A stretch of 64,000 nt of DNA from Octopus bimaculoides (lineage: Eukaryota): positions 7,635,968 through 7,699,967 of the forward strand of contig NC_068987.1 in the NCBI RefSeq assembly GCF_001194135.2, written 5' to 3'. Below the pieces are notes generated by a model, which ran no database searches, was not told where the DNA came from, and saw only the letters and a program-made list of their open reading frames with translations. Made by a program: the position numbers and the translations under genes. This document shows positions 38,615 through 51,198 of this stretch, piece by piece; the stretch's first letter is position 1, and every line of letters starts with the position of its first letter.

Positions 38615-39113
38615 GTAAGCAACATGATTCTAATGACATTTCTTATTTTATGTTTTATAGAAGAAGCACAATGGCTATGAATTTTATACATAAGAACGGT
38701 GCTGGAACAGTAACTACTTGGTCATGAATTCAAAATTTGGTAAAGCCTTTATATAGTACTCTTATGTAGTACTACTAAAAACATAGAAAGAATATATGGT
38801 ATTTTATGCTTAATAAGATATACACGTGTTACAGTGAATAACTGCCAGGATTACACAATTGCTTGTTGAAATATTATGCAATCTTATTAATTCACCTCTT
38901 CAGTGTTACGTAAAAGATACAAGGAGTGGTGTAAAATATTGGTGGTGATGACGATGATGATGATGATTCTGTGGCACTTTCTTCAATCATTACATTCTGC
39001 TCTTGTAATTCTACATCTCAGAAATAGAAAATATTTCAAAAATTCTTTGTTTTTTTTTTTTGTCTAAAGAAATATTTCCTCTAATCTTACAATTTTTTTT
39101 TTTATTTCTTCAG

Positions 39114-39255
39114 GACATTCTGGAAATCTTTGATTTAGGACCAATAATGTACCTGCAGAGCTGTAGTGAAAAGGAAGTGAAATTCTATCCAATTAACAGC
39201 TGTTCAAATCGATGTTCTCCTCTTCCATCAATCAAACTTCAAGCATCAGATATTG
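39114..39255 (+). CDS. C6orf89: C6orf89-like exon (DILEIFDLGPIMYLQSCSEKEVKFYPINSCSNRCSPLPSIKLQASDI)
   Basis: TTCTTCAG/GTAAAA, 142 nt, phase 0-1. P..SCSNRC...LQASDIG resembles human PPFQCRRHC...IEPGDIG. Confidence 0.78.
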
Positions 39256-39323
39256 GTAAAAATGGATGTTTATCTTTAACATCAAAGCTAAAACTAATCT
39301 GAATGTATATAACACTTTTTCAG

Positions 39324-39388
39324 GTTATGGGACGTTTTGGCACAGCCCTCTTGGCCCCGACTTTTTGGCATCACTGATTCAATGCTGA
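39324..39388 (+). CDS. C6orf89: C6orf89-like terminal exon (G/YGTFWHSPLGPDFLASLIQC*)
   Basis: Follows a 68-nt GT-AG intron; phase-compatible; TGA at 39386-39388. Confidence 0.72.
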
Positions 39389-39659
39389 CTTATTTGACCG
39401 ACCTTTTAATGTTTCCCGTGTTCTTTCTCTCCCACCTCTCTCTTTGTATATATATATAATTTCTCTTTCAGTAATTTGGCAATCAGCTCTCTGGGAACCT
39501 GAATTCCACCCTGTGGCTGGCAGCAAAGAACTGAGCCTTGCGGTTCTGGCAGCTGCCAACTAAAAAAAGAAAACCAAAACCAAAGGAGGTGACATCATAC
39601 AATGACATTTTTGGATGACATCATTACATACAGCCTTCATCTCTTGCACATTATTTCTT

Positions 39660-40445
39660 ATTTCTTTATTGCCCACAAGGGGCTAAACATAGAGGGGATA
39701 AACAAGGACAGACAAAGGGATTAAGGCAATTACATCGACCCCAGTGCGTAACTGATACTTAATTTATCGACCCTGAAAGGATGAAAGGCAAAGTCGACCT
39801 CGGCAGAATTTGAACTCAGAATGTAATGGTAGATGAAATACTGCTAAGCATTTCGCCCGGCATGCTAACGTTTCTGCCAGCTCTTGCATATTATTATAAG
39901 CATCCTAAGGCGGTGAGCTAGCAGAAACATTAACATGTTGGGTGAAATGCTTAGCGGTATTCCATCTGTCTTTACGTTCTGAGTTCAGATTCCGCCGAGG
40001 TTGCCTTCGCCTTTCATCCTTTCGGGGTCGATAAATTAAGTACCAGTTGCATACTGTGGTCGATCTAATCGACTGGTCCCTTCCCTAAAAATTTCAGGCC
40101 TTGTGCCTAGAGTAGAAAAGATTATTGTAAGCATCCTCTGTAATCCACTGGATTATCTCTAATCCAAATACACAATAAAATATAATGTAACTAATCTGAG
40201 TAACTGTTTGTATAGTAAAATGCATTAAAATAATCCTTTCTACTATAAGCAAAAGGCCTGAAAATTTGGAGAAGGGATCCAGTCAATTACATCGATCCCA
40301 GTGTTTCACTCGTACTTAATTTATCGACACTGAAAGGATAAAAGGTAAAGCTGACCCTGGCGGAATTTGAACTCAGAAAGTAGCAACAGGCAAAATACCG
40401 CTAAGCATTTCGTCCAGTGCACTAACGATTCTGCCAGCTGCTGCT
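39660..40445. mobile_element. Cluster of three family D SINEs (-, +, -) just downstream of the C6orf89-like stop
   Basis: Copies at 39660-39885 (-), 39908-40120 (+) and 40232-40445 (-). Confidence 0.85.
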
Positions 40446-40531
40446 TTATAATGCATTAAAATAATGATAATGAAAATGTTTGTGTGAATTTTATTTGTTG
40501 AGCAAGTATGTGTGTGGGGGGAAGGGTACCT

Positions 40532-40577
<46 letters not shown>

Positions 40578-40749
40578 CCCATGCTAGCATGGAAAGCGGA
40601 CGTTAAACGATGATGATGATGATGATATATACTATCGCAGGATGTTGTGCCTCACAGAGGAAATAACAATGAACCGAGATGTCTGGTGATATGAGGCTCT
40701 TGAGAAGACCTGTACACGTCAGCGAAATTGAGTTCTAGAAGTGCTGCGT

Positions 40750-41330
40750 GTCCCACCCACACATAACTAGAAAACTTCTCACACCCTACCACAACGAACC
40801 AAACTACATCCCTTCTCTTCCTCGCATTTCCACTTTATGCACTATGCTTACCTCCCTCCCACTCCCCAATCCTGTCCTTACGGTAACATTGCTCTCTGCT
40901 AGCCCCCACCTCCAACCTGTGTGTTCCACCCACATGCTCTGTCTCATGGTATCATTGCTATCTGTTAGCCCCTGACCTGTGTGTTCCACCCACATGCTCT
41001 GTCTCACGGTATCATTGCTATCTGTTAGCCCCTGACCTGTGTGTTCCACCCACACATAACAAGAAAACTTTTCACCCACCCTCCCCCAAGAAACCAATCT
41101 ACATCTCTACATCTCTTCTCTTCCTCACATTTCCTCCTTCATACATTGCTCTCCGCTAACCCCTGATCTGTGTGCTCCACCTACATGCCCTGTCTCACTG
41201 CAATCTGTTAGCCCCTGAACCATGTGCTCCACCCACACGTAACAAGAAAACTTTTCCCTCACCCTACCCCAATAAACCAATCCACATCTCTTCTCTTCCT
41301 CACATTTCCTCCTTCATACACCACGCCTAC
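40750..41330. repeat. Nested tandem repeat: about three long units containing a 60-bp subrepeat
   Basis: 40921-40980 equals 40981-41040 with one mismatch; CACCCACAC..AAC..GAAAACTT...TCTTCTCTTCCTC recurs at ~40760, 41045 and 41228. Confidence 0.8.
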
Positions 41331-42381
41331 CTCTCACTCCCCAATCCTGCCCTCACGGCCCTGTTTCTCTGTATCATTGCTATCCAGTAGCCACCCCCAC
41401 CCCACCACCATTCTATATACCCAGGTTTTCACCACTCACTTCCTCTCCCCACTCTCTAATCACATTTCTTTGGCAATATCCTGCCACTTATATTATGACC
41501 TTCAGCCCTCAAGGGTATGCCCTGACACTTGCCACCATCTATATCTCACTCTTCCTTTACTCAACCATCCCATTTATGTTCTGATCCCTGGTCCCTTGTG
41601 AGTATGTCTGGCACTTTGCTACCATCTCTATCCTGCTGTCTCCCACTCTCTCTCCTCCTGCACTTTGCAGGGGCACACTTGTTTCTGTCCTCGTTCCTGA
41701 TCGCTCTCTCTCTCTCTCTCTCTCTTCTTTTTTGGTGGTGATGGTNNNNNNNNNNNNNNNNNNNNNNNNNNNNNNNNNNNNNNNNNNNNNNNNNNNNNNN
41801 NNNNNNNNNNNNNNNNNNNNNNNNNNNNNNNNNNNNNNNNNNNNNNNNNNNNNNNNNNNNNNNNNNNNNNNNNNNNNNNNNNNNNNNNNNNNNNNNNNNN
41901 NNNNNNNNNNNNNNNNNNNNNNNNNNNNNNNNNNNNNNNNNNNNNNNNNNNNNNNNNNNNNNNNNNNNNNNNNNNNNNNNNNNNNNNNNNNNNNNNNNNN
42001 NNNNNNNNNNNNNNNNNNNNNNNNNNNNNNNNNNNNNNNNNNNNNNNNNNNNNNNNNNNNNAATATTTCTAATGGGTTATAGCCAAGACTTGTCAATATT
42101 TATCACCTGGCAAGTCACAAAAGCACTTACAGAACTAACAGTTTTCTACAATATATCTTAGGCATCTGCAACACACACACACACACATAAAAAAACAAGC
42201 TGGACAGTCGTGGACACATCTTAATGACTTTATAACTGCCATCAACATCCAAGCTTATCGGCAGTAACCAAGGGACTTAGACTTATGCAAAAAAACTAGA
42301 ACACACTTATAAACCATGGTAATTTGCATATTGTCTTATTTTAGGATGGTCATTTTTTTTGCAAATAAATACGAGCTCATC

Positions 42382-42428
<47 letters not shown>

Positions 42429-42623
42429 AATGAGCCAGATAAAGCTCATTTAAATACTAATGGGTTAATGCAATTAATTTTATTGATCCTTTTTCAAGTT
42501 TATAATTTGGCATGTTTTAATCACCTTTTATCCATCTGCCGGTGTCTTTGTTTTTATTTTTTGATTTTTATTTCATTTATTTATTTATTATTATTAATTT
42601 TTGTTTTTTTTGTTTTTTTGAGA

Positions 42624-42744
42624 TTATCTCCAAGTTGTTGTAGTCTGTTTTCGTTGGTTGCTGAGACGAACCATTGGTATGTTGTTACTATAACGATTCT
42701 TGTCTTGGTGGACCGTTTCATTGGCAGCAATTTCTTCATCATAG
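42624..42744 (-). CDS. TTLL1: TTLL1 terminal exon 14 (YDEEIAANETVHQDKNRYSNNIPMVRLSNQRKQTTTTWR*)
   Basis: TCTTAG acceptor, TAA at 42626-42624. YDEE start and TTW(K/R) end as in human. The 14 exons sum to 1260 nt (419 aa plus stop) with all phases compatible. Confidence 0.93.
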
Positions 42745-42809
42745 CTAAGAAAGATTTGAAAGAATGAAAAAGAAAAAAGAAAAAAAAAAATCAAAACTAA
42801 AATGAAGGC

Positions 42810-42861
<52 letters not shown>

Positions 42862-43308
42862 NNNNNNNNNNNNNNNNNNNNNNNNNNNNNNNNNNNNNNN
42901 NNNNNNNNNNNNNNNNNNNNNNNNNNNNNNNNNNNNNNNNNNNNNNNNNNNNNNNNNNNNNNNNNNNNNNNNNNNNNNNNNNNNNNNNNNNNNNNNNNNN
43001 NNNNNNNNNNNNNNNNNNNNNNNNNNNNNNNNNNNNNNNNNNNNNNNNNNNNNNNNNNNNNNNNNNNNNNNNNNNNNNNNNNNNNNNNNNNNNNNNNNNN
43101 NNNNNNNNNNNNNNNNNNNNNNNNATAATAAAAATAATAATAATAAAATGAAGGCTGTCAGTGTTGGTAAACTGAAGTCAAACAAAAAAGAAAAAAGGAG
43201 TAAAAAAACAATCTTTAAACCTTGTCCCTTTATTTCAAACCCTTTAAGTTTATAAACTTTTTAAGATACGAAACTATTTAAGCTGGGTAGTTATTGTCAT
43301 CTATTTTT

Positions 43309-43670
43309 TTACTTGTTTCAGTCATTAGATTGTGGCCATGCTGGGGCACCACTTTGAAGGGTTTTAGTCGAACGAATTAACTCAAGTACTTTTTTTTTTT
43401 TAAATCTGTTACTTATTCTATCAGCCTCTTTTGCTGAACCGCTGAGTTACAGGGATGTTAACAAACCAACACTAGTTGTTAAGCAGTGGTGGGGGACAAA
43501 CACACACATGATAGGCTTCTTTAGTTTCTGTCTACCAAATCCACCCACAAGCCTTTGATTGGCCCGAGGCTATAGTAGAATACACTTGCCCAAGGTGCCA
43601 CACAATGGGACTGAACCTGGAACCATGAAATCAGAAAGCTAACTTCTTACCACACAGCCATTCCTGTGCC
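43309..43670 (-). mobile_element. SINE family B (diverged) in TTLL1 intron 13
   Basis: Same modules as 4851-5210. Confidence 0.8.
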
Positions 43671-43881
43671 TATTGGTTTGGTGATAATATTTCTTATGAG
43701 TATATTATGTTAAATGATACAATATCTATTGGAAGCAGACAAAAATCATCATAGCAGTAGCTGGTGAGGCTGCTAGGTGCATTTCTGTCTCATTGAACGT
43801 TGTCAGTAACATGTAAAAGCAAATATAAAAAAAAAACAATGCAAATTAGAAAAAAAAATATTTTAAATTTATAAAACATAC

Positions 43882-43935
43882 AGGAGTTCAAAGTTGCCTA
43901 GGGCCTCCTTAGCTGGTGTCCTATTCCATCTCACA
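43882..43935 (-). CDS. TTLL1: TTLL1 exon 13 (D/VRWNRTPAKEALGNFEL/L)
   Basis: CTTCAG/GTATGT, 54 nt. Human: DCKWNKSPPKEVLGNYEIL. Confidence 0.94.
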
Positions 43936-44097
43936 CTGAAGATGAAAAGAAATAAATTGGTGTTAGATTATGAAAATGTAGATGCTTCAAGAAGACGTCA
44001 AACAAGTTACTTTAAGGGCCAGTCTCAAAGTGGATACAGCTATAAATAATAACATATGAAACAGGGTTTTTCCCCCTAAAATTTGTCAATATCAAAC

Positions 44098-44372
44098 GCA
44101 ATTTCACCAATGTCAACCTCAATTTCACCATGACTGGCTTACAGCTTATGTTGTCAAGATTGAATCTTACTGAATAAAAATAAATGAAATGCCAACCTCA
44201 ATTTTGCGAATGTCAACTTCAATTTCACCAATGGCAACCTCAATTTCTCCAATGTCAACCTCAATTTCACCAGTCAACCTCAATTTCTCCAATGTCAACC
44301 TCAATTTCACCAATGTCAACCTCAAGTTCACCAATGTCAACTCCAGTCTCACTAATGTCAACCTCAATTTCA
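44098..44372. repeat. 21-bp minisatellite (CAATTTCACCAATGTCAACCT) in TTLL1 intron 12, interrupted by a 62-bp insert
   Basis: Explains the 7-residue periodic ORFs at 44167-44500. Confidence 0.88.
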
Positions 44373-44744
44373 CTCTCTTCTGTTTCAATTACATTACAGT
44401 TGATCCCAATTTTGTCATTGTCAACTATAATTCCATTACTGTTTACTTAAATGATGTCACCATAAGAGAGAAAGATTTTATTTTTATAAACAGACATTAA
44501 TATCAATAATTACAAGTTGCAGAATTGTAATAGAATGTAAAACATTAACAATTTATGGGTAGCATCACAAATTTTGTATAAAATAGCCACCTCCACTTGA
44601 AAGCTCACTCTTAAAGTGACTTACAATAAACACCGTTAGAGTTTAAGCATGACTGATTATATGTTTTTCTAATCTACGATAAGTTACAAAGGGTTAATGT
44701 AATCTGATGCTTTAAACTCTAATTGTAATAAGATTAACTACTTA

Positions 44745-44888
<144 letters not shown>

Positions 44889-45393
44889 TTAAAAATAAAT
44901 TTTAAATGAAAAGAAATTGAAATCAGGAATATAAGTAAATGCAAATGAATAATGGAGCCTCCAAGTGGTTGCTTGACCTCTGACGAAGATGTCTGTCCGT
45001 ATGTGGTAATTCAACCTGCTAGAAATAGCAGCCAAATTTCCTTCACAACTCCACTACCACTATCTTGACCCCCCCCCNNNNNNNNNNTAGAGAGAGACCC
45101 TTAAAATCATAGGATGGTCAAGGCTAGAATGACTTTGATTATAGATTTGCACAATTAGGCTTGACCTGGGGTTAAACAAAAACAATGATCAATTAATAGT
45201 CAGGTAGGGGACTGTATTGCAAGTTAAGTGCCTTTATGTGACAGTCTATGAGGGTCAGTGACAGGGAGAGCATCACTAACCATCTCTGGCCATAGAAAAT
45301 CTTTGTTTCACTCAACAGTTTTGTCAAGTGTGGAAAAATGGACATTAACATGATGACAATCAGATGAGCACCAGTGATGGGATATATAACCAG

Positions 45394-45495
45394 CACTGTG
45401 GAGTCAGAGTCGTGGAGTTGGAGTTGGAAACAATTAAGGGGTAGCTGGAGTCAGAGTCGGTACAACTATACCGATTCCGACTCCGACTCACAGTG
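45394..45495. mobile_element. Small MITE with GGAGTCAGAGTCG / CGACTCCGACTC termini
   Basis: CACTGTGGAGTCAGAGTCG ... CCGACTCCGACTCACAGTG imperfect TIRs. Confidence 0.55.
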
Positions 45496-46023
45496 TCTTT
45501 ATTCTTTAATATAAACAAGCTATAACATATAGGCCTACTCAAAGTACAAGCGTATGCATATCCTTTATGAGATATGTAGACCACAATCACTTAATTACAT
45601 AGAGGAGGAGGAGGATGATGACGATGATGATGATGATGAGGAGGAGGAGGAGGAGTTTTTTGCTATGACTCCACAGCCCAGTACATAGCAGACCAAATTT
45701 TTGCATGGAGACCTTGGAGATATCAAATGAAAGAAGGAATGACAGAGGCACAAACTGGAAATTGAATCCATTTTTTGATGGTTTACAGGAGGCACGGGCA
45801 ACCTTTACCTAAAAGCAGGCCCCATAAGGCATGGCTCATCGTCAGGCAAACCACTAAAGAAAAAGAGTTCAATGTCCATTTTCATAAGGAATACCATTCA
45901 TACGGTCTCGCGAGGTACACTTAACCATGACTGGCTTACAGCTTATGTTGTCAAGATTGAATCTTACTGAATAAAAATAAATGAATGGATTATATTGAAT
46001 AAGTAAGATAGTGTTATATTCAC

Positions 46024-46069
46024 CTCAATTAACCATGGCTTCAAAGTATTGTCAATGATTATGTCATAG
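46024..46069 (-). CDS. TTLL1: TTLL1 exon 11 (YDIIIDNTLKPWLIE)
   Basis: TTTCAG/GTGAAT, 46 nt. Contains the GYD and WLIE(VN) catalytic-region residues. Confidence 0.96.
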
Positions 46070-46139
46070 CTGAAATAGAGACACGATATATATATAGATA
46101 TATATATATATACATATATATATAAATATATTCACACAC

Positions 46140-46292
46140 ATTCTGTCGGTTGCAATGACAAGGCTTCCAGCTGATGCAATCAATGGAACAGCGTGAAATT
46201 AACGCGCAAGTGGCTGAGTACTCCACATTACGTGTACCAGTTCTCGGGGAGATTCAGCATGACACAGAGTGTGACAAGGCTGGCCCCTTTGA
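46140..46292 (-). mobile_element. SINE family A, 3' fragment
   Basis: Matches the tail half of 59571-59963. Confidence 0.7.
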
Positions 46293-46328
46293 AATACAGG
46301 TACAAGATAGATAGATAGATAGATAGAT

Positions 46329-46374
<46 letters not shown>

Positions 46375-46819
46375 CAAAGAGTAAAATAGTCATTCATCTA
46401 TCATACCTAATGTTTCTACATGTTGATGGGCCAGTTACTGTAGTATTTACCCTGAAATGGCATCTCTTACAGATGTGCTGCATTAAAAACACTATACATA
46501 CTGGTTTCAAACTTTGGCACAAGGCCAGCAATTTGAGGGGAGGGGATAAGTTGATTACATCGACCCCAATGTTCAACTGGTTCTTATTTTATTGACTTTG
46601 AAATATGAAAGGTAAATTGACCTCAGCAGAATTTGAACTCAGACCCTAGACAGACAAAACCCTGATCTAGCAATCCTGAGTCCAATACCCTAACCACTGT
46701 GCCACGTCCTGTGGATGATGTATGAAACAAATTTATGACTATTGTTTCTTCGTTTAATTTATTCCTGTAAGCTGGTTTCTTTTGGAAAGTTTCTTCTAGT
46801 TTCAATGCTTTATATTCTT

Positions 46820-47250
46820 GTATGTGTGTGTGTGAGAGAGAGAGTGTGTGTGTGTGAATGTGTATGTGAGTATGTGTGTGTGAGTGTGTCTTTGTGTGAG
46901 TGTGTGTATGCATGTGTGTGTGAGTGTATGTGTGTGCATGTTTGTGTATGTATATGTGTCTGTGTGTGTTTGTATGTGTATGTATGTGTGAGTGTGTGAA
47001 TGTATGTGTGTGTGTTTGTGCATGTATATGTGTGTGTGTGTGTTTACATATGTGTGTATCTGTTTGTGCATGAGTGTATTTGTGTGTAAGTGTGTATGTG
47101 TGACAGTGTGTGTTTGTAAGTGCGTGTTTATGTGTGTGAGTGTATATGTGTGTTTATGTGTGTGAGAGCATTATGTGTGTGTGTTTGTGAGCGCATGTGT
47201 GTGCATGTGCATGTGTGTTTGTGTGCGTGTGTGTGTATGTGTGTGTACGT
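46820..47250. repeat. Degenerate (TG)n tract
   Basis: Source of the CV-repeat ORFs. Confidence 0.9.
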
Positions 47251-48882
47251 GATTGTAAAAGAAAGTTTTGATATCAAGTTTAATGTGACAACCTACATGT
47301 AGACCACATGATGGATGTTTCTAAATGGGGAATTAAAATAAGACACAGAGAGATGCTATCTTAGAGAATTAATCAATAAAATAAAGAGAACAAAGATGGC
47401 TCACATAGAAAACGAACATTTTTTTTCCCTCCATTTTACCATGTCTATAACGTCTAGACATATTTAATTCACTAAAATTGCTTTCTCGAGCTTTTCTACA
47501 GAAATTATACAAGTGTACATACAGGTGCAGTAGCGGCGGAGGGGTTAAGAAACTAGCTTTGCAACCATATGGTTTCCAGGTTCAGTCCCACTGTATGGCA
47601 CTTTGGGTAAGCATCTTACCCAATCACAAGATCATCGGTTCAATTCCTTGTGTTTTGTGTTCTTGAGTAAGCCACTTCATTTCACACTGCCACAGTCCAC
47701 TCACCTGTAAATGAGTAACCCCATGATGTAATAGTCTTCTGATCAGGGCCTGCTCACCTAGGTAGTGGGGTGGCATCATTCAAAAGATATCCAATAATGT
47801 GGTCAATAATGGGAGATGTGTGTGTATAGATAGAACAGATAGAAGTGAGGTGAGAGAGTAGGTGTTTATTGCATTTGTTTACAGTTGTTTCATAATCTTA
47901 TTAGTTACCTCATTTTTCTTATCTACTCTATATATTTTCTCTCTATCATTTATTTCTTTATTGCCCACAGGGGGCTAAACATAGAGGGGACAAACAAGGA
48001 CAGATAAAGGGATTAAGTCGATTATATCAACCCCAGTGCGTAACTGGTACTTAATTTATCAACCCCGAAAGGATGAAAAGCAAAGTCGACCTCAGCGGAA
48101 TTTGAACTCAGAACGTAATGGCAGATGAAATACTGCTAAGCATTTTACCCAGCTCAAAATGGTGTATTTTATGTGCCACCGGCACAAGTGCCAGGAAGGC
48201 GACGCTGGGCACAGGTGCCATCACGATTTCGCTTTCACTTGCCCCAACAGGTCTTCACAACCCGAGTTTCGTGTCCAATGGAGGAGACAACGTTGGCGGA
48301 GGGTATAAATACTTTTGGCCAGAGTACTACACAGTCAAAACTGCCCTGGTACAAAACAACAACAACAACAACTTCTCATATTCTTAAGCAATACAATTTA
48401 AGTTGTAACATCTTTTGTCGTAAAATCCTTCTCTTCTTATTGGTTTGCGATTGTGCTTGTTGTACATTTAAAGCCTGGCTTAATAATTATAGCAATACAA
48501 TAATTCTAGTTATTAGTGTTTGTGATCAAATGAATTAGAATTCTTGTTGAGGATTTGGGATTTTAATTCCAAGAATCTAAGATATAGATAAGGCAGAATG
48601 GAGAGGTGTGTGGGGGGGTGAAAGAGAGAAAGAAGAGGGGTGTGAAGGGTAGAAAGAGACCGAGTGTATGCGTCTACATGTGTGTGTGAGAGAGAGGGTG
48701 AAGTGTATGTGGGTGCGAAAAGACGAAAGGGTGAATAAGAGGGAGAGAGAGGGGGAGGGGTGAGTAAGGAAAAATGTCGGGGTCGTCATACATCTGGCAT
48801 AAAGTTAGGGACAATAAAATGACATTAATCTATTTCATGAAATCAAATGTATATTTTGTACTGGACTTTGCCAACTCCATTG

Positions 48883-48927
<45 letters not shown>

Positions 48928-49146
48928 GCAACAACAACAACAACAACAAGAATACAATAGTAATTATTATTATTTCCATTCTTCTCGTTCTTGCTAATCA
49001 ATAAATACTAAGAAATGGTTCAAACTAGACAATTTATTCAAATTCTAAGACCAAACCAAGATGTTTATCTCTCTGCTGAGCTGATTGCAAATCCTTAAGA
49101 TTGAGGTCCAATACCATACATGGTGAAAGAGTTATACACTTCTCTT

Positions 49147-49190
<44 letters not shown>

Positions 49191-49849
49191 AATGTCTTTC
49201 TCTTTCTTAGTTTCATACTGTGTGTGTGTGTCTCTGTTTCACAATTTCTTTCTTTCTCACTCTTTCTCTGAGTTTCACTTTCACTTTCTATTTCCTTATC
49301 TCTGTTTCACTTTGTCTCTCCCTCCCTCCCTCTCTCTCTCTCTCTCACAATATCTCTTTCTTTGTTTCACAGTGTGTGTATGTGTGTGTCACTCTCTCCC
49401 ATCCTGCTCTTTGTTTCACTATTTCTTTCTCTTTCTCACTCTCTCTCTGTTTCACTCTCTCTCTTACTCTTTCTCTGAATTTCACTTTCATTTTCTATTT
49501 CCTTGCCTCTCTCTCTCTCTCTCTTTCCCCCTCTACCCCTACAATCCCTTTACATTTCCACCCCAAAAACGGGAGTCGTGGGGGTGAGTNNNNNNNNNNG
49601 GGGGGGGGGGCACATGACAGTGGTGCAGGGGGAGGGGGAGAGACAGCAGAAGCTTTAGTAATGCCAGTGGTTATAACGGTGGTCATTGTAGTACCACTGG
49701 TGGTGTCAGTGGTGGTGGTGGTGGCGCTGGTGGTACTGGAGAGCAATTCTGAAGAGTTGTCTGATAACATCAGTTAATTAACCATCAAATACCAAAGTTG
49801 GCAGGATTTTAGACTCTAGCAGAAGAAGTAGTAGCCTACCAACTTCTTG

Positions 49850-49869
49850 TAGAGGTGGCAGTGGTTGTG

Positions 49870-49905
<36 letters not shown>

Positions 49906-50101
49906 GTAATGGTGGTGATGGTGGTGGTGGTGGTAGCAGTAGTAGTAGTAGTAGTAATGGAGGTGATGTGGTGGTAGTGGTAGTAGTAGTAGTAGTTGTT
50001 GTTGTTATTGTTATTCTTAGTGATTCGATCAACATTGTTGTTGTTGTTGCTGTATTGTTCTTGTGACAACTGATGCTGTTGTTGTTGATGGTAGTGGGTG
50101 G

Positions 50102-50132
<31 letters not shown>

Positions 50133-50152
50133 GGTAGCGGCGGTGGTGGGTG
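49850..50152. repeat. (GTG/GTA/GTT)n trinucleotide tract
   Basis: Low complexity; TTLL1 intron 10. Confidence 0.85.
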
Positions 50153-50344
50153 ATAGTGTTTATATTTTGTAGCAATTTCCTGCTCTTGGACTGAAAACAT
50201 GTGACCTTCAAAGTGGGATTCGATGAGAATTTCACAGCATCGAAGATGCACGGGTATATTAGATGTACCCCTATTTCAGCAGTGCATATTCAGAAAAAAA
50301 AAAGAAAAAAGGTTTTAGTGCATTAAAGCATGTAACATTTAAAA

Positions 50345-51122
50345 TAACTTCAGGGTGGCAAACTGGTAGGATTCTTAACAGCATTTCGTCCATCTTTACA
50401 TTCTGAGTTCAAATTCCACTGAGGCTGTCTTTGTCTTTAATCCTTTCGGGGTCATTAAAACAAGTGCCAGTTGAACACTGGGGTCAATGCAATCAATTTG
50501 CTTGCTCCACCGAACTTGCTGGCCTTGTGCCAAAATTTGAAATCACTACTTAAAGCACTCTAAGACAATGAGCTGGCAGAATCGTTAGCCCACCGGGCAA
50601 AATGGCTAACAGCATTTTTTCTGTCTTTATACACTGTGTTCAAATTGTACCCCAAGATTGATTTTGCCTTTCATCCTTTCTGGGTTGATAAAATAAATAC
50701 CAGTTGATCACTGGGGGTGATGTGATCAACTTACCCCCTCCTGAAATTGATGACCTTCATCATTATCATCATCATCGTTTAACGTCCGCTTTCCATGCTA
50801 GCATGGGTTAGACGATTTGACTGAGGACTGGTGAGCCAGAAGGATGCACCAGACTCAATCTGATCTGGCAAAGTTTCTACAGCTGGATGCCCTTCCTAAT
50901 GCCAACCACTCCATTGTAGGCACAAGGCCCGAAATTTGGGGGGAGGGAACCAGTCAATTAGATCGACCCCAGTGTGCAACTGGTACTTAATTTATCGACC
51001 CTGAAAGGATGAAAAGCAAACAAAGCCGACCTCAGCAGAATTTGAACTCAGAATGTAAAAGACAGACGAAATACCGCTAAGCATTTTGCCCAGGGTGCTA
51101 ACATTTATCCCAGCTCGCCGCC
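50345..51122. mobile_element. SINE cluster D(+), D(+), C(-), D(-) in TTLL1 intron 10
   Basis: Module matches to the families above. Confidence 0.75.
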
Positions 51123-51157
51123 TTTCAAACACAGCTATTTGCAAAGACTCTACTTAC

Positions 51158-51198
51158 CCATAACATTCAAAGCAATGTCGGTCATTGGAAATGCAATT
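51158..51198 (-). CDS. TTLL1: TTLL1 exon 10 (NCISNDRHCFECY/G)
   Basis: TTCCAG/GTAAGT, 41 nt, CFECYG motif. Confidence 0.95.

Noticed and set aside
38661-38739. Poison exon after a 46-nt intron in the C6orf89-like gene
   Set aside because: The intron is very short, and direct splicing 38614 to 39114 keeps frame and homology.
19580-43670. CpG decay of SINE copies as a footprint of gene-body methylation
   Set aside because: Decayed and intact copies occur both inside and outside genes, so the pattern is confounded by element age; it would need per-copy CpG versus non-CpG divergence.
44167-44500. ORFs with 7-residue periodicity (PMSTSIS, LRLTLVK)
   Set aside because: Translation of a 21-bp minisatellite inside TTLL1 intron 12; no splice or homology support.
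49495-49777. Ser/Thr-rich mucin-like ORF
   Set aside because: Low-complexity sequence beside a gap in TTLL1 intron 10, with no splice support.
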